A program made the position numbers and the translations under genes. From Phoronis australis (lineage: Eukaryota > Animalia > Phoronida), in contig NMRA01000027.1 in NCBI GenBank assembly GCA_002633005.1, positions 719,265 through 783,264 on the forward strand: a stretch of 64,000 bases of DNA, given 5' to 3'. Position 1 is the stretch's first letter. Each line of letters starts with the position of its first letter. Positions 13,274 to 26,744 of the stretch are shown piece after piece. The notes under the pieces are model-generated. The model was not told the DNA's origin. It did no database searches and saw nothing but the letters and a program-made list of their open reading frames with translations.

Positions 13274-14311
13274 CAATGCTGTTGGTGCCAGTGAGATCGA
13301 CTGAATCCGAGTCCGACTCAGGCGGATGAAAGACCGCACAGAGTAATCGTTTTAGCCGATCTTTTTCTTCGGCTATAGCGCGTTGTTGGCACTGCAACAG
13401 TATACCGACAAGCCGCATCCATTTGGTAGAGTGCCGTTGTATAATGTACTTTTTTACAAGGTTTTGCTTTGCTGAATAATTTTTATTGGAAATTTGTTAG
13501 AGGTAAACAGTGAATTTCCATTTTATCACAGATTCACTGGCCCAATATGAACTACCCTTCCTAATTTTTCAGTTAAATTTTTGTACATTTCAATCATCAA
13601 AATCCAAGGCTTACTAGTTTGTGTTGTTGGTGGCCAGTCATTCATTACTTGTTACTGTTACGTTGAAGTTTGATTATATTTTTCCAAAGTATACATTGAC
13701 TTATTTTGGTGAAAAGTGAATTATGAAAATTAGTATCCAAACTGGGCGTTTCCCCTGATTTCTGTTCCGAGCTCATGAATGATAATGATGTGCTCATTAG
13801 CCAGGTTGGGACTAACCGTTGTGCAAATTTCTACGAAGAGATCGAAGGCATGGGTCTCTGGGTATCTGTGAGGTGGGGCGCACTGTATTAGGGCAACCAC
13901 GTGCTTTGCTAGACAAAGGTTGAGGCGACCAGGAGAGGATTAGTCTAAGTTTCAGAGTCGCCGCGAGTCTACCGGATGGAATGTCCATCCCTACGCCACG
14001 TATTCACTCGCCCAGAGGGTGGCATAGCTACTCAGTTTTCGGCTCCCTTTTGCGGGTTGCCACAAATTTCGCGTACCCTTCCTCACTGAACTTCCCCTCC
14101 TTCGTTGCGAACAATTTTGTACAACTCCACAACTTTCCTTTAGGGTCTGCCTTATAAATAGCACCCTGACCCAACGCCATTTTCCGGTTCTTCACTACTC
14201 AGTTACCGACTCCATCCTCAATTAAAAACTCCTAGATGAGTTACGCTCATGCGCTTTCTTGCGTCGTTGTTGGATTTGTAACCAAGTAGAATTGTTAACG
14301 TAAGCCCTAAA

Positions 14312-14570
14312 CATGCGCGCACCCAGCCCAAAATATATGGATGGGGTGAAGGGCTCGAATTTTTCGGTATGCGGACCTTTCATTGAAAAAAAATCAACGA
14401 GTACTATAAAAACCGGGACCACTAGGTTCAGACCTACGTATTGTGCGTCCGCGCCGAAATTCCTGTGGACTTATTGTACTTTTGTCTCGTTTGCAACGGA
14501 CCGGACTAATTCTTTCATTGAGGCGGACCTTTTTGCCCAATTCGCCAAATTGAGGGGCTCGTTTGAGCCA
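14312..14570. repeat. Dispersed MITE-like repeat (related copies ~15237-15412 and ~59615-59884)
   Basis: Shared CATGCGCGCACCCAGCC..GGGCTCGAATTTTT; the 14312 and 59615 copies also share GAGGCGGACCTTTTTG.CCAATTCGCCAAATTG; CATG..GCAC / GTGC..CATG termini in the other copies. Confidence 0.7.
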
Positions 14571-16850
14571 AACAAACTGGTTAGACACAAGTAACAAACA
14601 AACATGTAATTTCGTAAATGCGTCGAACACCTGCGCGCTACTACTTATCCCAACTATAGAAACATGCTGTTAAAAATAGAAAAGACAAGATGACAGACGT
14701 AAATCTGCTTCACGTTTTCCGCATAAGCGTGACTTAAATGTACGTGAAAGTATTTTGAAAGAGAACCTAAGAAGGTTCTTTAGTGGATCACATTAAGAAG
14801 AAGAAAACTATTCAAATGTTTCGGAAATTTCGGCATACGCGCGATTCCTGTAAAAGGGACTAGTCCTTGTTGTCCACCGCCTTATTAAAACACAGATAAA
14901 AGAACGTGCTTTAAAGACAAAAGCGACATTTCAAATCACAATGAAAGTCGATTTCCATGTCCAATTATAGTTATAATTCAGTGGGTAAACAGTAAAGCGG
15001 CGTCCCCACTCGTGCACAGTGGCATTGTTCCAAGTTATTTCGCGACTTCAATGTTTAGTGATACCCACCTTAAATATTTTGAAACACCACCACCGCCCTG
15101 AAATATTGAAAACCACTCATTTTGCCACTTCTGTTTATTAGCAATTGTTAATATCTAATTCTCTGTCACTGTATGAAGAGAAAAACACCTAAACATGGGA
15201 CATCCCAACAGACGGCAGCAATGTGCACTCACATACCATGGACGCACCCAGCCTAAAGAATAGGGGGCTCGAATTTTTGAGAATGACTTTTTATTAAAAA
15301 ACGAGGCACGTTCAAAGCTATGAATTATGCATTTGCCAAATTCCTGCCTTTTAAGTGGACTTTTGTCTCCTTAACTACTTTTGTCAGAGCTCCCACCTTC
15401 GGTGCGTGCATGCGTACATACATATATGTGGGCACATAAAAAGGAAACAGTCAATTCAAAGGAAACAATCTATGAATCAACAATCATCAATGTTCAAAGA
15501 AGCGCAAGTAAAATTGCAACTTACAAAATTTCTTACTGCAGCAACCAAGTTTATAACACAAGTTGACATCAGAAACATACATCATTGACAAGACAGCACT
15601 CCTATCCTAATTACGCACCTACCATACATCACCACGATCTGCTCTTTCTTATCTATTCCAAATAAACATTCCATTGAAGTACGTAAGGTGGCGCTTGGTG
15701 CAAACACCACATGCAAAGCGACTGAAATGAGACAGAGCCCTATTACCCATCGACAGAACTCCCCCGAATTGACCTATTGTTGGAAGATCAGGCACATTTT
15801 CACAAACCATGTCAAGGATATGGCTGTGGAAATATTCCCGATTTCAACCGTTTAAAAATAATGGAATTGAAAAGGTCTCTTAGTCAAGTAAGGGGACTCT
15901 GTTGCGTTCAAATATCTGTGGCAGCCTGAAGTGTGTGATATGTGTTCTTTGTTTTCCCCCCTATCAATCAAAGACAAGAAAATGCATAGTGAGTGGAGTT
16001 GCAGCCACTTCACAACAGTAATAATTCCTTGACATTGTACGGAAGAAAAAGTAAAGCAACTGACAAAAACTTGAAAGAATACGGCAACAGCAAACAACAC
16101 GTTGAACTCCTATGACGCCATACACTTGGTGGATATTGTGGCAATGCTGGTAAATACATCGAGATTCAACTGTGTAATCAGGATGACCCTATTTGAGGAT
16201 TGCCAGACTTGGCGCAGCAGCCAAAACTATACTTTATGCAGGACAGAAAATCTCCGTTTTGTACTTCTAGTACAACAGGGATAACTCGACTCTGCTACAA
16301 ATACACAATCATCATTGAGAGGACCTAGAGTAAATATGCCAGAATGGTAAATGATATTAGTCATTTTAATGCACATACACAATACTCATAATGTTGGTGT
16401 TTGGTTGACATTTTTACTGGTAATAATTACCGCAGTTTTAAAAATAAGACAACACAGGGAGCGGCTGCAAAACAGTGCGACATGCCAAAATGAAACACCA
16501 CTGACTTTTATTTACATCATAGCCTATATGAATTTTAGGATTACTAAGAATGCCTTTGTTCTTGATAAGCTGTAACATTTTTACGAAGTAAAATTTTGAC
16601 TAAAAATTCAAGTTTTCAAGGGCAGGATTTTTGTATGTTGTTTCTTTCACAAATGTCACATCAAGGAGAGACTTTTGCAAAAAAAGATTGCATACCCAAA
16701 TATGGCCCTCATAACATCTAAGTGTCATTCTATATGCCCAAAACAAATGTGAATAGATATCCCCAACAAGCCTGTATCCGGTCAGTGGTAATAAACAGGT
16801 AATGTAACAACAGTCCTTGCAAGACAATCGAGAGATGCAACAAGTCGACC

Positions 16851-19800
16851 TTACAGAGACTCAAGACCTGTAGTGTCCACAACCACCTTGATAAAGAGCG
16901 TGTCGTCCTTGATGTAGTTGCCACTGTGCAACACAGACTGTGACACAAACATTGGACAGCCTGAGGCAATGTTCATGTTCGTGGTGGGTCGCTTGAAACT
17001 AGAGCTGTTTGGGTCAGGTCGAAACGTGTCACTCATTGTACTATGCCCATTTTGATCCAGTAACATCAGTGACACCTTTTGTTTGAATGGCCACTGCAGG
17101 AGAGCATCGCAGTCCCCACGCATGATAACAAAGAAAAGAGACATATGCGTGTTCTTCCCCAGTCCGTCTCCGTTCAGGTAGACTCGAGCACACATCTTGT
17201 AGCCATAACGACTGGTGTAGAACGGCTGACTATAGAGCGAGTATGTCTGCCCGTCCATTGCCTCTTGTTTACGACGCGCGTAATCACGGATCTTCCAGAT
17301 GAGAACACCATTATAGCTTGCTGTCTCCAGGATCTGGAACCTCAAATCAATCTCTGCCAAGCGCATGTTGTAGAGACCCAGGGTTTTCTCATGCTCTTTG
17401 ACTTGTTTCAAAGCTAGCTCTGAAATAAACAGTGTCAAGTCTGTAAGTGCAATCACATCTTATAATGTTTATCAAATCCAGAAAAAAATTGGAAATGATA
17501 AAATGCGTGATGCAGAAGACTTGACCAGAGACCAAAACTTATTTAAAAAACTCTGCAAACCCTGTTTGCTTATACCCTGTTTTAATTGAATAAAATTGTA
17601 GTTACCATACCTTGTGCAGAGCTGCTGCTACTCTTGCCCCCTTTAGTCTGCTCTACAGCCACCAGGCGGCGCTGCTGTGTAGCCTGTGCCTCCTTCAGTA
17701 CCAGGATGTCAGCAGCTTGCTTATCCAACTGCTCCATACTGACACCACCAGACGACTTCTTGTCCAGACTTTCAATTCTGTCGTGCTGTTTTGCAATGAC
17801 ACCCTGCCAAAGCAATAACCAAGTTCCTCATTTAAGTTCGGAAGAAACGCTTCACTTTACAAATTACACTAAAAATGACCAGTTCTCTCAAAGTCGGCAC
17901 TTTAAGTTGTCAACTAAACAAGCACTACAAAGTTGGACTACATAGCTTCATTTGCCTGTTGTTAACAAGCTTAATCTTGATTGACTTTATCTTAAGTAAC
18001 ATCAGTGACACCATTTTGTCAAGTTCTCAACAAATATTAATTTCAATAAATTACCGCCTATGCTTGCCTCAAGGGCACTTCTGAAATGTTAAAAATTTAC
18101 GCTTTTCAATCCCCATGACAGCTTAGTCTCCACTTCCAATTTATACCATAAGGCGCATCTACAGGAAAGAAAGCTGACACGGCATAGCTAACAAAGAACA
18201 GCTGATCGGGTGCAAGTGTGTGTAAACACCACTGCGAGTTACACTCTGTAAGTTGCTCTAGTTTCAACTACACTTCTATACACAAAGGGGGGGCAGGGCA
18301 GAGAGGGATCATCTTTCAATGCGCTTGCGCAATAGTGTATATTGGGTTATCTGCTGGCATGTCACTAGGTTTGGACATTCGCTATTGTTTATGCGAGCGT
18401 ACGCAAAAGCAGCAGTATTCGTGTAAATGACACATACTGACCCGGTTTGCAATCTAATGTTGTGTAAGTGCGACTAAAGTGGAGCAAGTCACGCTGAGAC
18501 AACTGACACGGTGACAACTGTCTCTCATGTAAAAGCGACTATAGAAACATCCTTAAAATGCCTGTGGACACCTTTAAGACCTTTAGCTCCTTTGGTTAGC
18601 AAACAAACTGAGATAAATGAGAGGTCAACTGGTTGTTTTGGTGAATACACATTCTAAAATTATCGCACATGGGTTCAAAATAATGTCATTTGAATGAGTG
18701 ACTTGACTGGTGCGGTAAATACCAATCTTGACTTCTCAGAAATTTTGTTTTCAAGTGTCCATGCTTTGACAAAATTTTTCAATTTCCCAATTTGAGTGCC
18801 CTCTCTAGTCGGAATCGCGAACACACATGGCATTGCAATGCTGCTAGCATGGTTTTCACAACACAGCTGTTACTCAACTACCAAATTATATCTTGAGCAT
18901 ACAGTATGGTAAAAGCTCATCAATTTCGGATAAAAATACTAAAATTGACCTTTTCTAATTTCTCAATTGCTTCTAACGTTGTTGTGTATGCCGACAATTG
19001 TTGCATTGTTTGATAGTAGACATAAAAATCATGCTATGTGATTAATATGACACACAGTAACAAGTCCAAATGTAGAGCATGGTCTCATGTAATAAGTTCT
19101 TTCCAAAGAGCACCTACTTTGACTAAGAAACAAATTGAGACTAAGTTCATAAAGGCAAGTAGTCTAGTTGATTGTGGTGATACAAGGTAGGTTTACAGCA
19201 ACTTAAGGTCACGTTGCAGTTTATTGGCAAATCTGTGCATTCAGTCAAATATGTACAATACTATATAATTTAACTGCAGAGTAAAAGTATACATTTTCGG
19301 AACATAGAATGTCAAAAGAATTCATTTTAAATTTTTAAATGCTAATCTGCCAATGGTGGGGTCAAGTGTCCGTGTCTTTTTAATAAAATTTAGAAAAAAA
19401 AGTAAAGTATAAATGTACTATTAACAAACTAATGACATGAAAAACATGACCTAATTCAAAATGTTCAAGACGAAATCTCAAAAATGTTGTTACAGTTTTC
19501 CAAATTATCACATTATTTCCATTTTATGCCAATTTTGAGTTATTTTCATAGATATTACAAAGTTCTTATTTTTGATATTTCCTCTAGCAAAAGTGGAACA
19601 TTTTACAAACAATACCTAAAAGTCTGTTGGAGACCGGAACATAAATCATAGTATCTGAAACTTTTATTTGAATCTGATGAGCCACTTCTGTGAAAGACTA
19701 ATTGGAACATGCTGAGAGGGTCTTATGAAACATTAACAGAAATTTCTTAGAAGCTTAACATCTGGAAACCACAATTAATATGAATTTATGTTGACACGAT

Positions 19801-22800
19801 TTATGTGCAATGTTGATTTTGAGGGACAAATAGGAAACCTATCATGTAGAGTAAAATAAAATTTCCATTTACATAACCTGAGCTTGGTTTAAATCAGAAC
19901 CATTTATGGAAACCAAAATTACGATAGTTTTCCATCAGTTTTATATTGAGTGCTGTTTAGAGAAAAAATGACTATTACCTTGTGACATCCTGTTTCACAC
20001 AATGGAAAGTGCTGAAAGCTTTGATTTAATTTTGCAGTACTCACAAAAAAGTCGTGAATTAGGCAGTTTATTGTTACACTCTACATAACGTTATTATAAA
20101 TGAAATAGCAAATTCTACTATATCCCTTCCAAATTACTACACACCAAGCAAAGACTGAACAAAGAACAGTGTCACCTTGAGAAGAAATCTACATCTTTGA
20201 TTTATTTTGATTAAAATTAAAAACCCAAAATAGAATTTTTTACCTAAAACTGAAATACGTGAATTCCATTAGGAATGCCTAATTCCATAAAAACATCATA
20301 ATTCCCTGTATTCTGTCCACTTTCTGCTATCAAAGAAAATCAAACAGCTCAGTGCATTCAACACCATCACATGATTGTTACCTGCAACTTTCTAAGTTTT
20401 CCTTGGTTGTCCTCCACTTGCAACGTCAGCGCCCTCATTAGGTTGTCCTTTTCTACAAGCTTAGCTTTCAGCTGATCAACATCATCTAGTAAATCCTAAA
20501 ATAAATAACTCTCAGTGCCAAAGATTCTCTTTTTTCTGCTTAAATACTTCATCATAAACAAGAGCATCGCAGGGGGTTGAAATGCGCCCACAACAGTACA
20601 GCACAGAGCGTGGTTCTCCAGGTGTTTTCAGTATCATAAAAATGCTCATTAGATGGCACATATACGTCAAATCCTTCCGAATTGGGAAGGTGACATTGAC
20701 GCTCTAACACAAAACCAAATTTCATGAAAATGAACCAAGGAACTCCAAAGATACAGAGGCAAAAGTAGGAGCACCTACAAAAAATTTCACAAAGATCCTT
20801 CAAATGGTTAAGGAAATGTCAGTCATCGCCTACTCATAAGCGACACATCTATATATTTTTGTAGTGATCCTTCCAGCGGTTTAGCAGATAGAGAGGCAGA
20901 TGCCAGAAAACGGACGCAAAAATGACAAAAATGACCACAAGGTGGCATCTAATATTTCATATCCATCCAAAAACGAAATGGCATTATCATCTTAACAAAA
21001 ACCTATTTGCTGAATTTCATAAAAATTTATCAAGGAACTCCGAAAATACAGAGACAAAGGTAAAAAAAAATTGCCACTACAGGGCACAGTGGTAGTCGGA
21101 TCTGTCTGAAAATTGCTGTCACCTGTCGTCAACTTCATAGAAACACACCAGCCAAATTTAAATGAGATCCTACAAGGGGTTCAGGAGATACAGCAGCAGA
21201 CGCCGCACGGCCAGACAGAAATGACTGCTATATGCAACCACATGTGGGCACATGAACATGATCACTAGGTTGCGAAGTGAAAACACATTGTTGTCTCCTT
21301 AATTTCATAAAAATACGACAACGAACTCTAAAGATACAGAGGCAAATGCAAAAAAAAAACACTAATTGAAGACTGTCACAAGGAAGCACAGCTGCAGTAG
21401 AATTGGTTACCATCTTAATAGAAACACGTGCCAAATTTCCCAAAGATCCTCCAAAGAGTTATGGAGATACAGCCACGGATGCAAAAAATGCCACTAGGGG
21501 TCGTCAGGGTAGATGAACTCGTCCGAAAATCAGTGTCAGCTGTGGCCTTCTCATCAGAAACACATCTATCAATTTTCATAATCATGCTCTGAGCAGTTTG
21601 GTGGATAGAGAGATGGATGTCAAAAACATACCATAAAATTTCTAAAATTGCCATCAGATGGAGCGCAATTCGTCAAATCTGTCCAAAAACAAAAAGGCAT
21701 CATCACCTCCTTAACAAAAACATATTCTTAAATTTCACGACAATCCATCACGGAAGTCCAAAGCTACAGAGGCAATGGAAAAAATAAAATTGTCACTAGA
21801 GGGCAAAGCGTTAGTCGGATCAGTTAGAAAGTCATTGTCATCTGTTTCATAGGAAAACATATTTGCAGTTTCTACGTCAAAGTTCAAGCATGCAAATGTC
21901 AATTGAAAATGTGAAGACACTTTTCAGTGATGAAATTCATTAGATTATTGAAACAGATCTTACAACATGTTTCTTCCGCAGTTCGTTGATGACGAGGTCT
22001 TTTCGTGAAATTCCTTCCACTAATAACTTCAAGTGCTCTTCCACGTTTTCTTTCACATGACACTCTATGGTGTGTTGTGATCCCTGAAACACAATCATAC
22101 AACAAGCAAATATAAGCGTGCATCATAGGCCAGTGGGAAAACTAAGACAATAGAATACTCCATATACCTATCACACAACAAGGAAATGTTTGAGTAAATC
22201 ATCATCACGTAACAAGGTAACTTAAGATTGCATCATCAATCAATAGAAGAAACTACAGTAAGTTGTAGAGAAGAAGGTAACCATTATTGGGAGCATAACT
22301 TAGTCGAACTCTTCCCTTAGCTACCACCATAGTTAGCAATAACGGACTGGGAGTGGGTGACAGACCTTCACCATAGTTAGGTATAGTGGAGTGGGCAGTG
22401 GGTGACAGATCCTCACCATAGTTAGGTATAGTGGACTGGGCAGTGAGTGACAGACCCTCACCAAAGTTAGGTATAGTGGACTGGGCAGGGGGTGACAGAT
22501 CCTCACCACAGTTAGGTATAGTGGACTGGGCAGTGGGTGACTGACCCTCACCATAGTTAGGTATAGTGGACTGGGCAGTGGGTGACAGATCCTCACCATA
22601 GTTAGGTATAGTGGACTGGGCAGTGGGTGACAGATCCTCACCATAGTTAGGTATAGTGGACAGGGCAGTGAGTGACAGATCCTCACCATAGTTAGGTTTA
22701 GTGGACTGGGCAGTGGGTGACTGACCCTCACCATAGTTACGTATGGTGGACTGGGCAGTGGGTGACAGACCCTCATAATATTTCAAATAATATGGGAGCT

Positions 22801-25800
22801 GACTTTAAAATATTTACCAACAGTGTGACCAAAATAAAGACCTACCTCGTATATACACCCATATTCCGCAAAGACGCACTTAAAAGGGCGTGCTGGGCAG
22901 CTTCTAAAGTGGGCGTCCAACTAAAACATTAAAAACAGCTTTACACAGGGGAAATTTCTGAACAATACAGATGAAAGGATGATATTATAAATTTATCGAG
23001 TCTGACTCAGAAATAGCTAGCATGTCATTGTAAACTCTAATACACCTGTTACACAAACATGTCAATTGTCGGCATCTTTCAAAAATTACCTTAACAATTT
23101 ATTATGTGTGGTTTAATGCCTATCTTTGTAACGACCCTTAAATATTCTGACAAATTATCTGACCTAAGCCGCATTCTCTGCATTCAAATTTCTGTAAAAG
23201 AATCACTAACTTCCAAAAACAACTAATAATTTCTACAAGTTCTAGCTCCCCTATTGGCAACTCTAGACATCAGCATGTACTTGGCAAATGGAGTTAACAA
23301 CAAGAACAACACATGGCATTGAAATGCGTCCACGACTACACTGTGAACAGTAAGTTTCAAGGGGTGTTTATCAGTGTAATAAAAATAGCCTCTAGATGGC
23401 GCACGATATGCCCAACCATCCATCAGTGTCCCCAATTTCAGAGACTGTCCCAAACTGGAGAATACTTAAACATTCACTGTTGCTAAAGCTGTGCTTACCT
23501 CTTCCCGAGGGAACTGGGACATACCACAGTTATGTGGACAGCTAATCATTGCCTTCGGACAAAGCTGATTTTCGTGGTCCTGTAAACACAGGTACAAACA
23601 CACGGCAATAGGACACGTCTAATATACAGTGCTTTAGCCTTGTGCCAGTATAAAGACACATGCAACGTTGAACATGTTTAGTGTAAATCATGCAACTATC
23701 ACAGCACACAACACAGTTTGCAGTGTAAAGATTACAAAGTGTTCACAGTAAAGATTACAAAGTGTTCACAGTAAAGATTACAAAGTGTTCACAATAAAGA
23801 TTACAAAGTGTTCATGGTAAAGATTACAAAGTGTTCACGGTAAAGAGTATAAAGTGTTCACAGTAAAGCTAAACGTAGTCCCACTACCTTAAATCACCAT
23901 CAACTTATTCGGTGAAATGTGTGGTAGCTAGGCTGAACAAGGTCCACCAAATACTATATCACTACATGTCCATTTAGTTTTATTTTCAAGTCATCGCAAT
24001 GTTGAAAAAACTACTATTGTAACTGACTTTTGAGTTCCTCCAATCACAGCAGTACTATAGGAACGCTCTGCGGAGAAATTTGCCGAAGTACAATTTAACC
24101 ATATGCTATGCTTATTTGGGAGATATTATACTTCTCTACTGGTACAAACCTTCAACTCTGCAAACGGCACAAGGTCGCCACATGTACTACAGCTGATACG
24201 TCGGTAGTTGCATAATTGACTTTCATGCTCTCTCAACTTGAGTTTCGTCACCAATTCTCTACATCCGTAGCGCTTGTTTGGGCACTCAGATGGTGTAAAC
24301 TCGCAACTCTTGACATGTTCCTGCCATACAAAACACATTCATTGATGGGAAAGTACAAACCAGAGATGGCTAAGACACAAGAGTACAGAATGTCTGTCAA
24401 CTGTTCCAGTACAGAGTCAAACTAGTATCATTAAAGATGGCTACTAGTGCGTGACAAGAGTATAGGATGTCAGACACCTGTATCAGTGTCGACTACAGAG
24501 TCAAATTATCACCCTAAAGATGGCTAAGTGACAAGAGCATAGAATGTTAGCCATCTGCTTCAGAACAGTCACATTTTAAGACCTCTTAAACTTACACCAA
24601 AACAGTAAGGTAATAATTTTTGGTCACATCAAACATGCTTTAGATCCTGGAAAAACCCCAAACTAGTAAAATTACAACCACTGTAAATCAAATTTATAAT
24701 TCAAATGCTGGTTTGACCTACAGTGTAACAGTGCGCAGCTTAAGTGTGAATCATGCACTTGAACCGAATGACCTTTTTTACCTTTACAGGTGACTAAATT
24801 AACAATACAACCACTTTAATTGAATAAATCTAACACAAAAGATGTAGACATCAATCAATCAATCACACGCAGGATAGCAGTGTTTAGCAGAAAAAAAAAC
24901 TTCCCTTTCACAAATTACTGTACCTCCAAATCTTTCCACTTGACTTTAGCTTGACATCCATACTGTTCATGTGTACAGTAAACCATCAGCTTAAGGACAT
25001 CTCGTCTGGCCGACGAATCAGGATTCAACTACACAAGCAGAAAAATACACATACACTTCTTGTCCACATCACACTTAAAAATAATTTTGTGTCAGGTTTG
25101 GAGGCATGCATGCTTTCTTTTAAATCTTTTACAGTTCTTTCTTGACAAGCACACAACGTGGAACACCGACCATGGGAGCAGAAACCCGTTCTGACCGTCT
25201 CACTTTATGGTAAGAGTTACCTTACAACTTCTGTTCAGGCAACACAAATACTTGTAACAAACCAGTCATGTCTTGTTAACCACATCTTCATGTTAACAAG
25301 AACATTGATAATAAGCTTACCTAAATGGAAATATTCCATCATGGTCCAGTGTCACTGTTCACCTTAAAGGAAATTTGCCTGTGGCTTGAAATGTTCTTCT
25401 ACTAGGAAAAAATCCATCTCAGTCGTTCATAATACCCACCTAAGTTAGTGACACGTCCCTACCAACCGGCCTTCAACAGTAGGCCTACTGTCTTACTCAT
25501 TCATTTAAGCATTCCATGTTGGCAAGGGGGGGGGGCTGTGACTAAGGGTTTCTCCTGCTTCACCAACCATTTGTCCAACTTTTGCGATACAAAATATCAT
25601 GAATTACAGCATAATACCAGAAGTCAACAAATTTTGAAACAATTACAAACCAGAATCTGGAACACCTGGGCATACCATTGTAGTAATAGCCGAGATCACC
25701 CGACTCGGGAATCGAACCCGCGACCCCCATAAAACCGGCAAGCGTGCTAACCATTCAGCTAATAGGCAATTGCCCGTTAGCGAGTAGCTAACAGAGGCTC

Positions 25801-26505
25801 ATATAATTCACCGGAAGCACATCTACAACATTCCCCCCTTTCCTACGGAACGGGCACGCGACCAGGGAGGTGAACACCAGGATGTCTCGCATACAGGTCA
25901 TCAATGTCCCTTGGTACCTTTACCATCACAACACAGGTGAACACAAGGTAGTCTCTCATACAGGTCCTTGACTCCTGGAACCTTCCACACGCGCCGTCCC
26001 GAGATCCGTGGGTACTAGTTGGCAGTGCTTCATCGGTAGATCATCCGTTTGCCGACTACGCCATTTGTAGTAATAGCCGAGATCACCGGACTCGGGAATC
26101 GAACCCGCGACCCCCATAAAGCCGGCAAGCGTGCTAACCATTCAGCTAATAGGCAATTGCCCGTTAGCGAGTAGCTAAAAGAGGCTCATATAATTCACCG
26201 GAAGCACATCTACAACACCATCAAATACTTACACTGTCTAGACTGATCTCCTCGCAATCCTCTTCATTTGCTGGACATTTCAAGTGTTTTTCTGGTGGGA
26301 GACCACTGAGTAGTTCACGAACACAGTCCTCACACATTCTATGACCACATGAAGTCTGTACAGCATTTCTTAGTACATTATGGCAGTGTACACAAAGATA
26401 CTTGTCACTTAATTCTGACACAAATTTTGGACTTCCACTTGGAGTGGTTAGGCTCAGAAGTGAACCGCCACCACTTCTAGAACGCATGGAAGCCATACCA
26501 GCCAT
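16851..26505 (-). CDS. TRAF3: TNF receptor-associated factor 3-like; exons 26233-26505, 24924-25028, 24150-24320, 23499-23579, 22846-22920, 21964-22083, 20382-20495, 17611-17803, 16851-17419 (566 aa)
   Basis: RING (CVHC..VLRNAVQTSCGHRMCEDC..KCP), TRAF zinc fingers (VYCTHEQYGC; CPNKRYGC..HESQLC; CPHNCG; CVFAEYGC), coiled coil, and MATH domain (ETASYNGVLIWKIRDYARRKQEA..SLYSQPFYTSRYGYKMCARVYLNGDG..THMSLFFVIMRGD.DALLQWPFKQKV..FRPDPNSSSFKRPT..MNIASGCP) closest to the TRAF3 type. All junctions are GT-AG and in frame. Confidence 0.93.
22340..22775. repeat. 45-bp minisatellite, ~9-10 copies, in a TRAF3 intron
   Basis: Unit CCATAGTTAGGTATAGTGGACTGGGCAGTGGGTGACAGATCCTCA; accounts for the repetitive ORFs 22253-22786 and 22333-22776. 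Confidence 0.95.
23724..23868. repeat. 23-bp tandem repeat, ~6 copies, in a TRAF3 intron
   Basis: Unit AGTAAAGATTACAAAGTGTTCAC. Confidence 0.9.
25679..26217 (-). mobile_element. Non-autonomous LTR retrotransposon (TRIM) with tRNA-derived LTRs (Helenus-like), in TRAF3 intron 1
   Basis: Two 152-bp direct repeats (25679-25830, 26066-26217; TG...CA; 3 mismatches), 4-bp TSD CCAT on both sides, PBS TGGCGTAGTCGGCA (26050-26063, complementary to the tRNA-Ser 3' end), PPT AGGAAAGGGGGGAA (25831-25844), 235-bp non-coding interior. Confidence 0.93.
25698..25767 (-). promoter_or_regulatory. tRNA-like Pol III internal promoter in the TRIM LTR (second copy ~26085-26154)
   Basis: Minus strand: GCCTATTAGCTGAATGGTTAGC (A box TAGCTGAATGG with GCT/AGC D-stem) ... 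CGGG-TTCGATT-CCCG (T-arm; B box GGTTCGATTCC). The anticodon arm is degenerate, so this is not a functional tRNA gene. Confidence 0.8.
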
Positions 26506-26744
26506 TATTCATTGAAACGTAACTTTAGTTGACGTCTCTGGTCGCTCTTTGTTTTTAGTTTCTGTGCTTCACTTTACAGTTAGCCACGAATAGGTCTTCA
26601 ATAATACCGTCTCGACTGATGAGTGACGTTCGTCACCAGACTACCAATTTTAAAGCAGAACACTGACTTCGAACAACGCACTTTCCCAACTTGGGGGAGA
26701 TAAAGACTTACACACACGAGGAATTGGTATGACTATCCCTTTAT

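Noticed and set aside
17079-17945. Plus-strand ORFs overlapping TRAF3 exons
   Set aside because: Antisense shadows of the real minus-strand coding exons.
18945-19010. Possible extra TRAF3 coiled-coil exon (MQQLSAYTTTLEAIEKLEK)
   Set aside because: No good acceptor, and the gene model is already in frame and of typical length (566 aa) without it.
26616-26642. Hammerhead-like CTGATGA followed by the hairpin GTGACG-TT-CGTCAC
   Set aside because: The stem is followed by CAGAC rather than the required GAAA, and stems I/III are not evident.
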